The translations under genes and the position numbers were made by a program. This document shows, one piece after another, positions 49,901 through 62,477 of a stretch of DNA of 64,000 nt. The stretch is from NCBI RefSeq assembly GCF_016432865.1, contig NC_067398.1, positions 85,622,001 to 85,686,000 of the forward strand, given 5' to 3'. The stretch is from Antechinus flavipes. Its lineage: Eukaryota. Each line of letters opens with the position of its first letter. Position 1 is the first letter of the stretch. The notes under the pieces were generated by a model that was not told where the DNA came from, did no database searches, and saw only the letters and a list, made by a program, of their open reading frames with translations.

Positions 49901-52900
49901 CAGTGTATTCCCTGCAGGGATGGCCTTAGGGCTTTTTCCCCTTGTTGGTATGTAGTCATCTATATTTAGCTTGCAGAAGAAAATGATAAAGTTGTCTTTT
50001 TGATGAAATTGGATTTTATATATTTACAAGTAAAAAATGACTTTTTCTTTCCTACTTGTATTTTGCTTAGCTTGAGATTTCATTACAGGCTTTGTTTTTC
50101 ATTACTCTCATTAATAGAGATTTTGTATTTGTTCTCTTCTTTAATGATGGAATTAATAATTGTTCTTACTATACCTCTAAGAGTAATGGAGGCTCATAAT
50201 GATGTCTATAGGCTTGTGTAGAAAATAGATGTTTAGTTAATAAGTAGCATTTCTGTTTCATTTTAGACTGAGAAAGACTTTGTTTCAAAATTAGCTACAG
50301 AGGTACTTTCAGAAGACCAGTCCCATTATCATTTGAGGCCTTTCATTGTTGAGTTGTTAAAGAAAAATGAGGGAATGAATCTTTGAAGACAGACTCATTA
50401 GGAAAGGACAAATCTAGTAGAATAAACTTCTAATGCTCACTTTTGTTAGAATCGGTAGACTTGTTTTTCTTAATATTTGTAGACTGCTTTATGAATGAAC
50501 TGTATTTTGATATCTTTTGCTAATGTTTAAAGCATAAAGTACTGCACTGAACATGTCTTATGAAATTTTATCTTTGAGATCCTACTGTTTGCTAGTGTTA
50601 CAGATAGAAAGATAAAAGCAAAATAGTTGGTTTTTAAAGAATCTTCATTCTAAGAGGAGAGATGATGTTCACATATGTAGGTATCTGCAAAAGAGATACA
50701 AGTATATCTTAGGAGAAAAATGTAATAGCTCAGTAGGCACTAGGAAAGATCTTGAAGAAGGTAGAGCTTGAACTGACTCGTAAAAAAATCCACCATCTAT
50801 CAGGGGTGGAAATGAGAGGGGAGAATAATTTAGGTGTTGAAGAGCCATTGCAGAGATCCAGATCTAGGAGAGGTTATACTGTGAGAGGAACAGCTCTATT
50901 GGCTAGACTGTAGATTTTGTGGAGGGAAGTAGCATATATAATAAGGCTGGAAAGTTAAGATGAAGTTATGTTGTAAAAGATGGAGATTTGAAATGTCAAG
51001 CAGAAATTTTTTATTTATTTATTTTTTTGCAAGCAATTGGGGTTAAATGGCTTCCTTAGGATCACATAGCTAGGAAGTGTTAAATGTCTGAGGCCAGATT
51101 TAAACTCAGGTCCTCCTGACATCAGGGCCGGTGTTCTATCCACTGGGCCATCTAGCTGCCCCAAGCAAAAATTTTTATTGATTCTGGAATTAAGAAAGAA
51201 GCTATGAAGTTTGAATGATAAGAGTGATATTGAACTTCAAGAATTTTAAAAACACTTTGTTTACTTGGTCAAGATTGTAGTAGGGACAGACAGGGAGATC
51301 AATTAGGAAGAGGCTATTACTTGGTAGGGATATCAGATGGGAAAGGCCTAGATTATGATAGTTACATGAATGGAGAGAAGATATGTTTGAGAGATATTTT
51401 GATATAATTGAAATAAATCAATAATTTGATACCTGCTTTGTGCAGGTAATTGGATTTGTGGATTAAGATAGATGAATCAGAGATTACTTGCTTGGCTGAC
51501 TGGAGAGATGATGGCACTCAACTCAAAGAGGCAAATTTAGAAGAAGGTCCAAATTTAGAAGAGCTATTGGTCTGTAGCTCATTATTAGGGCTGGACATGT
51601 AGATCTGGGGAGTGAACTGCATCAAGATGATACCATGGCTTCTTATGGCAATTGTATTTCTGATCTTTGTCCTGCTCTTTGTGGGGATGTATCTATATAG
51701 GTAGAGTTGCGGAGTGCTGTGGAAGAAGTGGTAAAGGAAACTCCTGAATATCGATGTATGCAATCACAGTTTTCTGTCCTCTATAATGAGAGTCTACAGT
51801 TGAAAGCACATTTGGATGAAGCTCGTACTCTGCTTCATGGCACTAGGGGGACTCACCAACGCCAGGTGGAACTCATTGAGGTAATGATGCTTTATTTCTT
51901 CTCTACTTTATCAAAGTCTTTCTTTTCCAAAAACTTTTTAAACATTGCCTTCTCTTTATATATAGTTTGATCAGTGTTGATTTTTTCATATTTGTTATAT
52001 TTTGCCTTATATGTTATCTCTCTCTGATTAGATTTTTAGCATCCTCAGTATTGATCATCTTTTTATTTCTTTTCTGTTTCTTGTCAGTGTTCAATATAGT
52101 GTTTTATACAGAGTGATTTTCAATAAATGTTGACAGTCTCTGGAACTTCTCAGGGTGATAATACCTTTTTTTCCCTGACGTTTTCATCTTTCTTGGGTCA
52201 TTGTGGAGCAAGTCTGGGAGATAGAATAGAAATTTGATTCATTTTGATCAGTTTGACAGAAGAATGACATGTATCTGTTTCTCAATAGTAATGATTTCTC
52301 CCTTTCCTCTGTCTAGCGTGATGAAGTTAGCCTGCACAAGAAGTTAAGGACAGAGGTGATCCAGTTAGAAGATACACTAGCACAGGTCCGCAAGGAGTAT
52401 GAAATGTTGAGGATAGAATTTGAGCAGACCCTGGCTGCCAATGAGCAAGCAGGTAAGAATCTCTCGCTCTCTCTTCTGAAATGGATCTGCTATTAATGAC
52501 TGAAAAATTTGGTCTTGGTTGGGATAAAAATTAACCCAGATTTCCTTTAGTATCAAATATCATAATTAAATGAAATTCATCATATCTTAATTTGAGATTA
52601 ATTCACGTGGATCCGTTTTTTTAAGCTCAGAGAAATAGTTACAGTAGGTAATATTTTTTCAATAGTAGAATCATAAATTTAGATCAGGAAAGAAGTTCAT
52701 AGAGGTTAATTGATTTTTCCCTAGGACATGTAGGAAATAAATTGCAGAGCCAAGATCTAAATTGAAGTCCTTTGATTTCAAATCCAGAGATGTTTTCACC
52801 TACTGTGCTGCCTTTAATAGGTTTCTGAATCATACTGTTGTTCTTGTCCTTATAAGTTTGCCAATTTCACAACTTCTCGATAAACTTTTGTTTTTCTTTT

Positions 52901-55900
52901 TAGGCCCCATAAATCGGGAAATGCGTCACCTTATCAGCAGCCTTCAGAATCACAATCATCAACTAAAGGGGGAGGTCTTAAGATATAAGCGCAAACTAAG
53001 AGAGGCCCAGTCTGATTTGAGCAAGGTAACTGGAAGGGGTGAGTGGGGAAAACTGATCTCTGAGCTGAGAGCACCATTTAGCTTGCTGTTTTGCATTATC
53101 TACTATGTTTAAACATATAAGATTTCAGGCATAATACTCCTTTGAAAGGAAAAGAGATATAATGTGAGTGGTTCAATGGTTTACTCTAACTGTGTCCTGC
53201 TTTTTCTCCCTTTTGGTCTTCCAGACCCGCCTCCGGAGTGGCAGTGGCCTTCTGCAGTCCCAGTCTAGTACTGAAGATCCCAAGGAAGAACCTGTAGACA
53301 TCAAGCAGGAGCCAGAGGACTCTTCTACCCAGACCTCAGCATCCAAGGCTGCTCAGGAAGAGGCAAGTGAGACCAAGGCCAAAAGAGATGAGGAAGAACG
53401 TGAACGGGAAAGGCGTGAAAAGGAGAGAGAACGAGAGAAAGAAAAAGAAAAAGAAAGGGAACGAGAGAAAGAAAAGGAGCGAGAGCGTGAGAAGCAGAAG
53501 CAGAAAGAATCGGAAAAGGACCGAGAATCCAGCAAAGATAAGGAGAAAGGGAAGCACGAAGATGGAAGGAAAAAAGAAGCAGAGCTGATTAAGCAACTGA
53601 AGGCTGAACTCAAGTAAGAGCCAACATTAATTTATGGTCCTCATGAAATGACTGTCTGGTGTACCAGATATTGTTTAGTAATGGTGAAAGCAGCTAGTTG
53701 ACGCATTAATGTGACCACAGACATTGTCAGAACAACTCAGATGTCCTGATTGCTTATTAGGTGGTCTGATTTAGAAGCAAAGCATAGGGAAGAACCCTAT
53801 TTCCTTCCCTTGCTGTTCAGGGATCTTAACTTGTATAATGGTGTTAGCTTCCTAGGCTTGATTAGAAAGTTATGACTATTCATTAGATCTCAGCAAGTGT
53901 AAATAGTTTCACTAGTTGGACTTTTATTAATCTTGTCATTGGACAAAATGAAACACTTGAAAATTTATTTTGAAAGTTTGTGAACTTAGTAAATCTTCCA
54001 TTTTTTTGTTCTCCTATTACTGCATGTTTCCTTCAAGGAAGCGATATATGTTTTAATAATATTATTCCTCTCCATTCATCAAGTCTCAGGAATTTCCTAG
54101 AATCTAGGGACAGTCCATATAAATGGTTTACATTGTAGAGAAGCCAAGAGCAGAATAACATTCTGCTTTAATCTGTAATTACTTTGTACCACATGACAGT
54201 TCAGTTCTGGGGATCACCTTTGCCAACTTCATGTGTTCCTTTTATCAATAGGAAGGCACAAGAGAGCCAAAAGGAGATGAAACTCTTGCTAGATATGTAT
54301 CGCTCTGCTCCCAAGGAGCAAAGAGACAAGGTTCAACTCATGGCAGCTGAAAAAAAGGCCAAGGCTGAGGTAACTTCTGTTTGTCTGTTACTCTAGTTAG
54401 TCATCAACTTGTTTGTGTGGAGCTTCCTCAAGAAAACCATTGTTTGTTGTAAAAGGGTCTGGTAGGCCAATTAAGGAGTGATTTTATATGCCTAATAATG
54501 CTCTATGCATGGTGTGGGTGTCTGAAGTCCTTTTGACTTGTCTCATCTGATTGTTTTCTTCTTTAAGTTGGAAGATCTGAGGCAAAGACTCAAGGACTTA
54601 GAGGATAAAGAGAAAAAGGAAAGCAAAAAAATGGCTGATGAAGATGCCCTGCGCAAGATCAAGGCAGTGGAGGAACAAATAGAATACTTGCAGAAGAAAC
54701 TGGCTGTGGCAAAGCAGGTAAGACAAGACCTTGAAAATGACCTTTTAAGCAAGAAAAGGGTTCTTAACTGAAATAAATATAGGGAAAATTTGCTACTTTA
54801 ATAACATGCTTCTGTGCTACATAATTAGTTCTGTTTTGAAGAAGTAAGTTTAGTAATGAAATTGACACTTAGATTAGGGAAGCCTCTACATAGGTACCTA
54901 TTCCATATATGTGCAGTGTATGGATATGTTTATACATATAACTTTTACTATAACAGATAGCTGTGCTGTTTTTTCATACAGACATACCAGTGATTATATA
55001 ATTACAAGTAATGAGTATATATAATATGCATTATAAAAATTAGCCAGATGGACATATTAGGCATTTTGTGTACACTAGGTTAAATAAAAGTAGAATCATT
55101 TCAGTTTTTATAAAATTTGTTTATTAGTGCTTTTCCTTTTTTTCAGAAAAGTTTACTGTCATGTTAAATTATACTATATTGATAGACTTCTCCCCCTCTA
55201 TAGCTTCAGCTGTCATATCTCTGTAAATGTTGTGGAATGAGAGACTTAAGAGTCAGGAGAGCCTGGGATCAGATCCCAATAGCTGTGTCGCTATTGGCAA
55301 ATTACCTCAATCTCTCTGAGTATCAGTTTTTTCCTTCTCAGTAAAATGAAATAAAAATGTTGATAGCTACCTCACAAGGTTCTTATGATGATAAAATGTT
55401 TTGTATAGCATTTAGCAAACTTTAACAGCTAATCTTTATATGATATGGATTTGAAAGGAATAATAATGACAGCAATGGCAGTGATAATAATTCTTGCTTT
55501 TTCTGCTAGGCCTGCTTTTCCAACCCTCTGCTGGCTGTCCCAGTCTAGGTTGCTTGTTACCATTTCAAATTCTACATATTCGAAACTAAATTCATGCTCT
55601 TTTCTTAAAACTTTCCCCTCCCCCCAACTTTGAATTTCTAGTAGTGGCATCTTTGTCCCAGTCATCTTTGATTCCTGCCCTTTTTTAAAATTTATTTTTT
55701 TAATTTTTAATTTTATTTTATAATAACTTTATATTGACAGAATCCATGCCAGGGTAATTTTTTTACAACATTATCCCTTGCACTCGCTTCTATTCCGATT
55801 TTTCCCCTCCCTCCCTTCACCCCCTCTCCTAGATGGCAAGCAGTCCTATATATGTTAGATATGTTGCAGTATATCCTAGATACAATATATGTTTGCAGAA

Positions 55901-58900
55901 CAGTTCTCTTGTTGCACAGGGAGAATTGGATTCAGAAGGTAAAAATAACCCGGGAAGAAAAACAAAAATGCAAATAGTTCACATTCATTTCCCAGTGTTC
56001 TTTCTTTGGGTGTAGCTCTTCTGTCCATCATTTATCAATTGAAACTGAGTTAGGTCTCTTTGTCAAAGAAATCCACTTCCATCAGAATATATCCTCATAC
56101 AATATCGTTGTCGAAGTGTATAATGATCTCCTGATTCTGCTCATTTCACTTAGCATCAGTTCATGTTAGTCTCTCCAAGCTTGTCTGTATTCATCCTGCT
56201 GGTCATTTCTTACAGAACAATAATATTCCATAACATTCATATTCTACAATTTACCCAGCCATTCTCCAATTGATGCTGCCCTTTTTTTTTTCACCAATAT
56301 TCAGTTAACTAAGTCTTTTTGATTCAATTTCTCTAAGGTTTTTTCATATGTCTCCTCTTTTTCTACCCCATTACTGACAGCTTATCCAGTCCCTCATTAC
56401 CTTTAACCTTGACTATTATCTTTTGATTACTCTCATTTTTTAGTCAGATCTGTCCTCTATACTGCTATCAATTTAATTTTCATAAATTGTAACTCTGATC
56501 ATGTCATCTCTTCTTTCTAAACATATTTAGTTGCTTGCCACTATTTTCTAAGTATTGTCCATTCTCTTTGCCATAGATGTTCAGGAGCCTCCAGATTCTG
56601 GCCCCAGCTTCCTTTTTTAGCTTTTAACCCTTTTCCAGTGTCCCTTTGTTTTTCTGCTTCTAAACCTTTGCTTATGCTTTTTACTTCATCTAAATTGTTC
56701 TACACTCAGCCTCATCTCTCCAGTATTATACTTTAAGATTCAGTTCATGTCCTTTTTTTTCCATGAAAGTTTCTCTCTTTCCCCTAGAGGACAATTTTCA
56801 TATTCCTTTAGTTGCTCTTTTTCCTTTTGCATTGAGTTCTAGTACTCTGTATGTATCTTAGCTCTTCCTCAAGGATATTCTTGTTTCTTTAAGGACAGAG
56901 ATTATATTTGTATTGTTGTATCTTCCACAAAGTAAATATTAAATAAATCTGTGTAATAAATACATGTAGATTAATCTATAACATAAAGGATAAAGGCAAT
57001 AAGAAAGGTTTAAGATAGCTAGGTGCCGCAGTGGATAGAGCACCAGCCCTGAAGTCAGGAGGACCTGAGTTCAAATTTGGCCTCAGATACTTAACACTTC
57101 CAACTATGTGACCCTGCGCAAGTCACTTAGCCCCAATTGCTTCAGTAAAAAAAAAAAAAAAAAAGAAAGAAAGTTTTAAGGTAGCTGGGACAAAGAAAAT
57201 TTGCAAAAATATTAGCGCATATATAAGATATGAGATTGTCTCTATCTTAGGATAATGTATAATAATAATTCAGATTTGTAAATAAGTATCATTATCTTCT
57301 AAGATCTTTGTTTTTTAAGTGAGAGTTTTGTCTTTCCTTTTTAATTGAATATTAGGAAGGGCTTAGTTGATTTGTGCCTTGTTCTCGGGAGTTGAAAGGT
57401 GTGATTCAAAATACAAACTGTTTATTGCTTCAGGAAGAAGATGCTCTACTCTCGGAGATGGATGTCACAGGACAGGCATTTGAAGATATGCAGGAGCAGA
57501 ATATCCGTTTAATGCAGCAGTTAAGAGAAAAAGATGATGCCAATTTTAAGTTGATGTCAGAACGCATCAAATCAAATCAGATCCATAAATTACTCAAAGA
57601 GGAGAAAGAAGAGCTTGCAGACCAGGTTCTGACTCTGAAGACTCAGGTAATCAGGAAAGACAGACAGATTCTCATCTCATGTACTTTAGTATTCTCTCCA
57701 GGAATAAGAGCTGCTTCTCTGTGGCAAGCTGCAGATAGAAAGGGCATAATGCTAGGCAATTATTAGGTAGTATGGGGAGATAAGATCAAATTCACTAAAA
57801 TAATTCAGTTTCCTTTGTGCCCATGAGACTATGAAAGGAATGACTAGAAATTTAGAATGATAAAGTACTTGGTAGGGTCCTCAGGAATATTTTTCTCTTC
57901 GAAGTAAGAAAGATACATATTGTACTTTACATAAACAGATTTTTAAAACCCTTTCCATTTTGTAACTGCCTTAAATACTAATATGGTATGTCTTCTTTTA
58001 AGAAATAAGAGAATGTAAATATGAAACATTGCACATACCATCAGACTCGGGGGGTGTGTTGATGGTTTTTGCGGCATTACTTTTTCTTTCTTGTATTCAC
58101 ATTTTTACAAGGGATGGCTCCCTGCGTAAGAAGTAGAGAGGGATATATTTGGACTTAAAGGTGATATGAAGCAAATGATACCATTCAAACCTTTTTAAAA
58201 ATAGAAATGCATGTGAATGGTTGAATTTATGACTTGGAAATTAGCATAGCATAGGAAAAAGATAGAATACTAACAGTAGTTAGAATTTCATTTTCACTTT
58301 TTCTAAATGTGGATTTCAAAGCATTAAAAAACAGTATGTGATACATATTCACTTTGAGATTGATAACTCACAAAAATAGATTTCACTTGTACAATAGAGA
58401 AATAAAATGGGCTTTTGAATGCTTGAGTGGGTCTTTTAATGGTTTAGTCAGGAAAGTCAGGAATAAAATTTTGAGATTCTGTACCTCCTTTTGTGTTCAA
58501 AGTTTAAAAACAGTATGATCAAATTTTAAATTTTAAAATTTTTTCTCAATTGTTTGGAAACCCTACTTTTTTTTTGAAGGTGGATGCTCAGCTACAAGTA
58601 GTAAGGAAACTGGAAGAAAAGGAACATCTCTTACAGAGCAACATTGGCACAGGAGAGAAGGAGTTGGGTCTTCGGACACAGGCTTTGGAGATGAATAAAC
58701 GCAAGGTGAGTATTTTTCTAGATATGAAAGGAATGATTTATCTTGGGGCAGTTACTATATATTATATTAATAAAAGAATTCCCTTTTTATTTCCTGTATT
58801 GGGTTAAAGTTTTTCAACATTGAAAACAATATAGTGATTTTTTTTTTTAAATTCAATTCTTTCCAGGCAATGGAAGCAGCCCAGCTTGCAGATGACCTCA

Positions 58901-59922
58901 AAGCACAGCTAGAGTTGGCACAGAAGAAACTTCATGATTTTCAAGATGAAATTGTGGAGAACAGTGTGACCAAGGAAAAGGATATGTTTAATTTTAAACG
59001 GGCCCAGGTACTGGCCTATGCTTCTTTCAGCTTTGCTTTTAGATCTTTTCTGAAGAATCAAACCATGATAAAGACAGGGTTAAGGAAAAAAGTGATAGCC
59101 AAAAATTCAAATTATTCTTCCAGTATTTTTTTCTTCCCTTTCCTACATTTTTCTATTCTTAATTGTGTTCAAGGTTGAATTTACTAGGGCTTTCAGATTG
59201 GTTAATTGTGAAATAAAGGGGGATGTTATATTTTTGCAGTCATATTTCTTCCCAGGAAGAAAAGTGTTCATGAAAGAATAAAAGAGAATTAAAAACTCTA
59301 ATTTCTATAGTGATTATTTTGATTTTTCTCTTGGGGAGACGTGTCTAACAGATGTTTTTCTTTCACAGGAAGATATTTCTAGACTTCGAAGGAAGTTAGA
59401 GACTACAAAGAAACCAGACAATGTACCTAAATGTGATGAGATCCTCATGGAGGAGATTAAGGATTATAAGGTGAAGTATAGTTTCAATAGTATCCCTAAA
59501 TTACTTTAACTCAAATGAATTCAAGGCTTAAAGTGGTATCCCCAAGGAGAGAGAGAATTAAACCTAGCCTCTATCCCATCATTAGGATGATTCCTTTTTG
59601 AGATGTCAGTAAAACTTAATGCGTTGCTATGGTGTGTTATTTGTTTGTTTGTTTGTTTTTGGAAGATCATTAGTTTTTCCATTTATGAAATGGTGGTGGT
59701 GGTAGTGATTCAACATCTCACTTACTTCACTTCTTTCCTTTTCAGGCCCGACTAACCTGTCCATGTTGCAACATGCGCAAGAAGGATGCTGTGCTTACCA
59801 AATGCTTTCATGTCTTCTGCTTTGAGTGTGTGAAGACACGCTATGATACTCGCCAGCGTAAATGTCCGAAGTGTAATGCTGCCTTTGGTGCCAATGACTT
59901 CCATCGCATCTATATTGGTTGA
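43347..59922 (+). CDS. RNF20: E3 ubiquitin ligase BRE1A (H2B K120 monoubiquitination), 19 coding exons, 981 aa
   Basis: Exons below all have GT-AG ends, sum to 2946 nt and splice in frame. Begins [16 protein letters not shown], long coiled coils, C-terminal RING CPCC..C.H..C..C..CPKC ending FHRIYIG-stop; matches my recall of RNF20 rather than RNF40. Confidence 0.98.
44267..44434 (+). CDS. RNF20: RNF20 exon 3 (168 nt)
   Basis: [15 protein letters not shown]...VNRYWSQ; cag|GAG and CAA|gtaggt. Confidence 0.96.
44562..44709 (+). CDS. RNF20: RNF20 exon 4 (148 nt)
   Basis: [17 protein letters not shown]...RKDDRDR; ttccag| and GAG|gtgaat. Confidence 0.96.
44855..45037 (+). CDS. RNF20: RNF20 exon 5 (183 nt; unusual GAG acceptor, alternative start 44861)
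   Basis: [26 protein letters not shown]...RKLNSG; GAG|gtgagc donor. Confidence 0.92.
45420..46215 (+). mobile_element. L1 ORF2-end/3'UTR fragment in RNF20 intron 5
   Basis: aaatgttggaggggatgtgag...gcattgttggtggaattgtgaactga...ggaatgcccatcagttggagaatgg; A-tail at about 46195-46215. Confidence 0.85.
46430..46548 (+). CDS. RNF20: RNF20 exon 6 (119 nt)
   Basis: (D)[14 protein letters not shown]...HRTMSQE; ccccag| and GAG|gtacct. Confidence 0.95.
48220..48357 (-). mobile_element. WSINE1-like SINE
   Basis: gctgaggcaattggggttaagtgacttgcccagggtcacacag...cagggctggtgccctatcta. Confidence 0.88.
48809..48955 (+). CDS. RNF20: RNF20 exon 7 (147 nt)
   Basis: [15 protein letters not shown]...LAEVLER; CGG|gtaagc. 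Confidence 0.96.
49055..49132 (+). CDS. RNF20: RNF20 exon 8 (78 nt)
   Basis: [26 protein letters not shown]; tttag| and AAG|gtaaag. Confidence 0.96.
49302..49421 (+). CDS. RNF20: RNF20 exon 9 (120 nt)
   Basis: [24 protein letters not shown]...NEKLK; AAG|gtatga. Confidence 0.96.
50620..51530 (-). mobile_element. Degraded L2 fragment interrupted by a SINE
   Basis: Recalled antisense L2 motifs (ggaaagatcttgaagaaggtagagcttgaact, ggtcaagattgtagtagggacagacagggagatcaattaggaagaggcta). Confidence 0.55.
51012..51161 (-). mobile_element. WSINE1-like SINE with TSD
   Basis: TSD caagca(g/a)aaattttt at about 50997 and 51162. Confidence 0.88.
51701..51880 (+). CDS. RNF20: RNF20 exon 10 (180 nt)
   Basis: [24 protein letters not shown]...QVELIE; GAG|gtaatg. 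Confidence 0.96.
52317..52452 (+). CDS. RNF20: RNF20 exon 11 (136 nt)
   Basis: [21 protein letters not shown]...AANEQA; CAG|gtaaga. Confidence 0.96.
52904..53025 (+). CDS. RNF20: RNF20 exon 12 (122 nt)
   Basis: [41 protein letters not shown]; AAG|gtaact. Confidence 0.96.
53225..53613 (+). CDS. RNF20: RNF20 exon 13 (389 nt, E/R/K-rich)
   Basis: [20 protein letters not shown]...KQLKAELK; ttccag| and CAA|gtaaga. Confidence 0.96.
54252..54369 (+). CDS. RNF20: RNF20 exon 14 (118 nt)
   Basis: [39 protein letters not shown]; GAG|gtaact. Confidence 0.96.
54568..54717 (+). CDS. RNF20: RNF20 exon 15 (150 nt)
   Basis: [19 protein letters not shown]...LAVAKQ; CAG|gtaaga. Confidence 0.96.
55687..56275 (-). 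mobile_element. Young 5'-truncated L1 in RNF20 intron 15
   Basis: TSD ctgccctttttt at 55675-55686 and 56276-56287; same subfamily text as 15180-15505. Confidence 0.92.
57015..57166 (+). mobile_element. WSINE1-like SINE with 14-bp TSD
   Basis: TSD aagaaag(g/t)tttaag at 57001-57014 and 57167-57180; A-tail. Confidence 0.9.
57434..57646 (+). CDS. RNF20: RNF20 exon 16 (213 nt)
   Basis: [23 protein letters not shown]...VLTLKTQ; CAG|gtaatc. Confidence 0.96.
58580..58705 (+). CDS. RNF20: RNF20 exon 17 (126 nt)
   Basis: [18 protein letters not shown]...EMNKRK; AAG|gtgagt. Confidence 0.96.
58867..59007 (+). CDS. RNF20: RNF20 exon 18 (141 nt)
   Basis: [17 protein letters not shown]...FNFKRAQ; CAG|gtactg. 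Confidence 0.96.
59369..59470 (+). CDS. RNF20: RNF20 exon 19 (102 nt)
   Basis: [34 protein letters not shown]; AAG|gtgaag. Confidence 0.96.
59746..59922 (+). CDS. RNF20: RNF20 exon 20 coding part (RING domain, TGA 59920-59922)
   Basis: [58 protein letters not shown]. Confidence 0.98.
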   Translation, partial: ARLTCPCCNMRKKDAVLTKCFHVFCFECVKTRYDTRQRKCPKCNAAFGANDFHRIYIG

Positions 59923-61000
59923 AACAGGTTATGAGCAGAGGAACAGAAAGTCAGGATAGATATTTTTTCATGAACCATCAAATTGTTACCTCTTCTCTCC
60001 TTGCTGTCACTGGACAGGCCATGTGTTGCCATTCACAGACTCCCGCCCATGTTCTTCTCCAAAATAACTGGGTGACTCCAGTGAGAGAATTGGGTAAATA
60101 AAAGGATTAGGTTTGCGGGAAGAAGTTAAAATAAGCAAACAATTGGCTATCTTCCCTTCTAGCTTAAATTTCTTTAGGAGCCCACTATGCCATCTTGGCC
60201 TGTTGGCCTATTCCTCCCCTCCCCTAAAAATACCGAGTTGGTATTTTTGCTCTGGATAGTACTGATTTTGTACTGATTAGAGAGCACAGAAAAGGGGAGT
60301 CAGCTGGGTTTAGACTGAAGAAAGCTGGAGCTCCTTAGCAGAAGTTGCCTTTGGGCATGATTTGGTTTGTAAACTTGTAGCACAAAAGTGTCCTAGTGGC
60401 ACTCTTCCTTAGACAACATGTACTGATTCCCTCAAATATCAGGGATCTTTAAGGGCCAATTACAGACTATCTGGTGGCACTTTTATTTTTACAGAGTTGT
60501 TAATTGGTGGAAGATATACTAAGTAAAGTCTTTAATTCCTCCCAGACTGGAGTAGTGCAAACAGTATAGCCCCTTTCTGACTCTCAGAATGGCTAGAATT
60601 AGAAGAGATGAAAGAACAAGGTGATGAGTACCTTCTGGGCTGGCATTCTAGTGGAGGATGCCAGGAGGACTTGGTGAGCTGTGAAATCCTCTTTGTTCAC
60701 TTTTCTGGGGTATTGTCAATCTTCATTTTCCAGAGGACTGTTTGTAGTGTTTTCCATCAGACTTTGTACTTGACAAATGCCAATTAAAACATGGGTCAAT
60801 TTATCTACGTCTTACAGGTTTTTTCCTTAAGATGGGTGAAAGCCATTTTAGTACTTATTATCCTACTCCTGGGTTTCCTTTAAACATGAATTATCACCTT
60901 AGCACAAGAAACTTGATGAAGGTTTTAAAGAACATTGATTTTTATGTATTAATGAAACTCTTCTAGCCATCTCATTATGAATATAGGCTATTTAAAAGTT
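59923..61000 (+). other. RNF20: RNF20 3'UTR (end uncertain)
   Basis: Apparently repeat-free stretch after the stop; candidate poly(A) signals AATAAA 60097-60102, ATTAAA 60783-60788, AATATA 60980-60985. Confidence 0.55.
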
Positions 61001-62477
61001 ATGACTAGCGGTTTTCCTCTTGAATTCCCTCCTCCCTACCTCATGTGGCCTCTCTCACTCTCATCCTTTAATAGTCCTATACTTCCCTATCACTCCATTT
61101 AGTTCATAAAGATTCTTTTATCATAATTTAAATAATATTTGCAATTCTCAAAAGTCTAGTTGTAAGGCAATTCTTAATTATAACCCGACTTCATCTCATT
61201 TGAGTCACTGAGTCCTTGATTTAGAAGGACCCTCAGAGGATCCAGGCCAGCTTCTTTACTGTCAGTCCAGACCTCATTCTGCAATACAGCTATTACCCTG
61301 TGCTTTCTCTTTAAGTTAGCAACATAATGTCATCAACTTTCAAGATTTGAAAAGAGCTAGAATGGGGAGAGCATTAGCTTTGGAGTTAGCCATTTGTGTG
61401 CTAGTTCTGAGTTACTGCTATTTGTGTGGCCATGAGTGAGTCCTTGCCCCCGTTGGAACTTGGTTTCTGCTCCAGCTGTTTTTGTTGGCCTCTTAAGGAG
61501 TTGAACTAGCTCATTTCCTAGCTCGCTTCTTTCTCTAAAACTTTCATTCTTAGATGGCTTCCAGTGTTATTTTGTGATTCGCAGAAGCTTCACTCTTGCA
61601 AATTTTCAAAGGATAATTTGTCAGAAATGAGAGGTAGAAGGACAGGCAGTGACAAAGCTAAGACCTTGAGGCAGCATAGCTATTGGATGAATGATAGATG
61701 TGGCCATAATGTGAGTTTTTCCATGAGCATGAGTTGTGCTAGATAGTAGCATCAAAGAGTATGAACAGCCAGGCGAGGAAAGCACTTTGTGAACAGCAGA
61801 GGACTCGAGTTATCCAAACATAGAATATCAGGGTGGACATCTGGCCCAACCCATCACTGAAAGAGCCTGGCAATTCAGCTTGCACTTAAAGCTCTCCCAT
61901 GGAAGAGGAATTTTGTAGAGCTGACTTATTCTACTTTGGGAAAAGCTTTCATTGTTAGAAAAATGTTCTTTACATCGAACCAAAGTTTGCCTTTTTGCAA
62001 CTTTCACCATTATTCACACTTAGGCCTTTTGGGGCCAAACAAAGAAGTGTAATATAATGATGTAGTGGGTGGAGTGCTCGACGTGGGCTCAGGAAAACCT
62101 GAGTTCTTATCTAGCCTCAAACACTAGATGAATGACTCTGGGCAAGTCACTTTGCCTCAGTTTTCTTCTCATCTATGAAATGGGGGTAATAGCACTTATC
62201 TCCCAGGGTGGTTGCAAGGATCAAATGATATAACAAAGTTCTTAGCACAGTGACTGGTGTATTAAGTACTTTATAAATCATAGCTGTTATGATAATTATG
62301 ATTTTTGTTCACATCCCTGGTTCCTTTTACATGTTTGAAGACGACTATCATGTGTTCTCTGAGTCTTCTCCTCTCCAGGCTGCACATCTTCAGTTTTTCA
62401 GGCAGTCCTCATATAACCTCAACTATATGCCTTTGCTGTGTTTTAGACTCAGCAGCTTGAAAATGTCTTTATGGAAA

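Noticed and set aside
53336-53613. Antisense and alternate-frame ORFs over RNF20 exon 13
   Set aside because: Low-complexity purine-rich coding repeat lacks stops in other frames
43347-59922. Intronic snoRNA or miRNA genes in RNF20
   Set aside because: No paired C/D boxes with terminal stems or H/ACA layout seen by eye; an Infernal scan would be needed to exclude them
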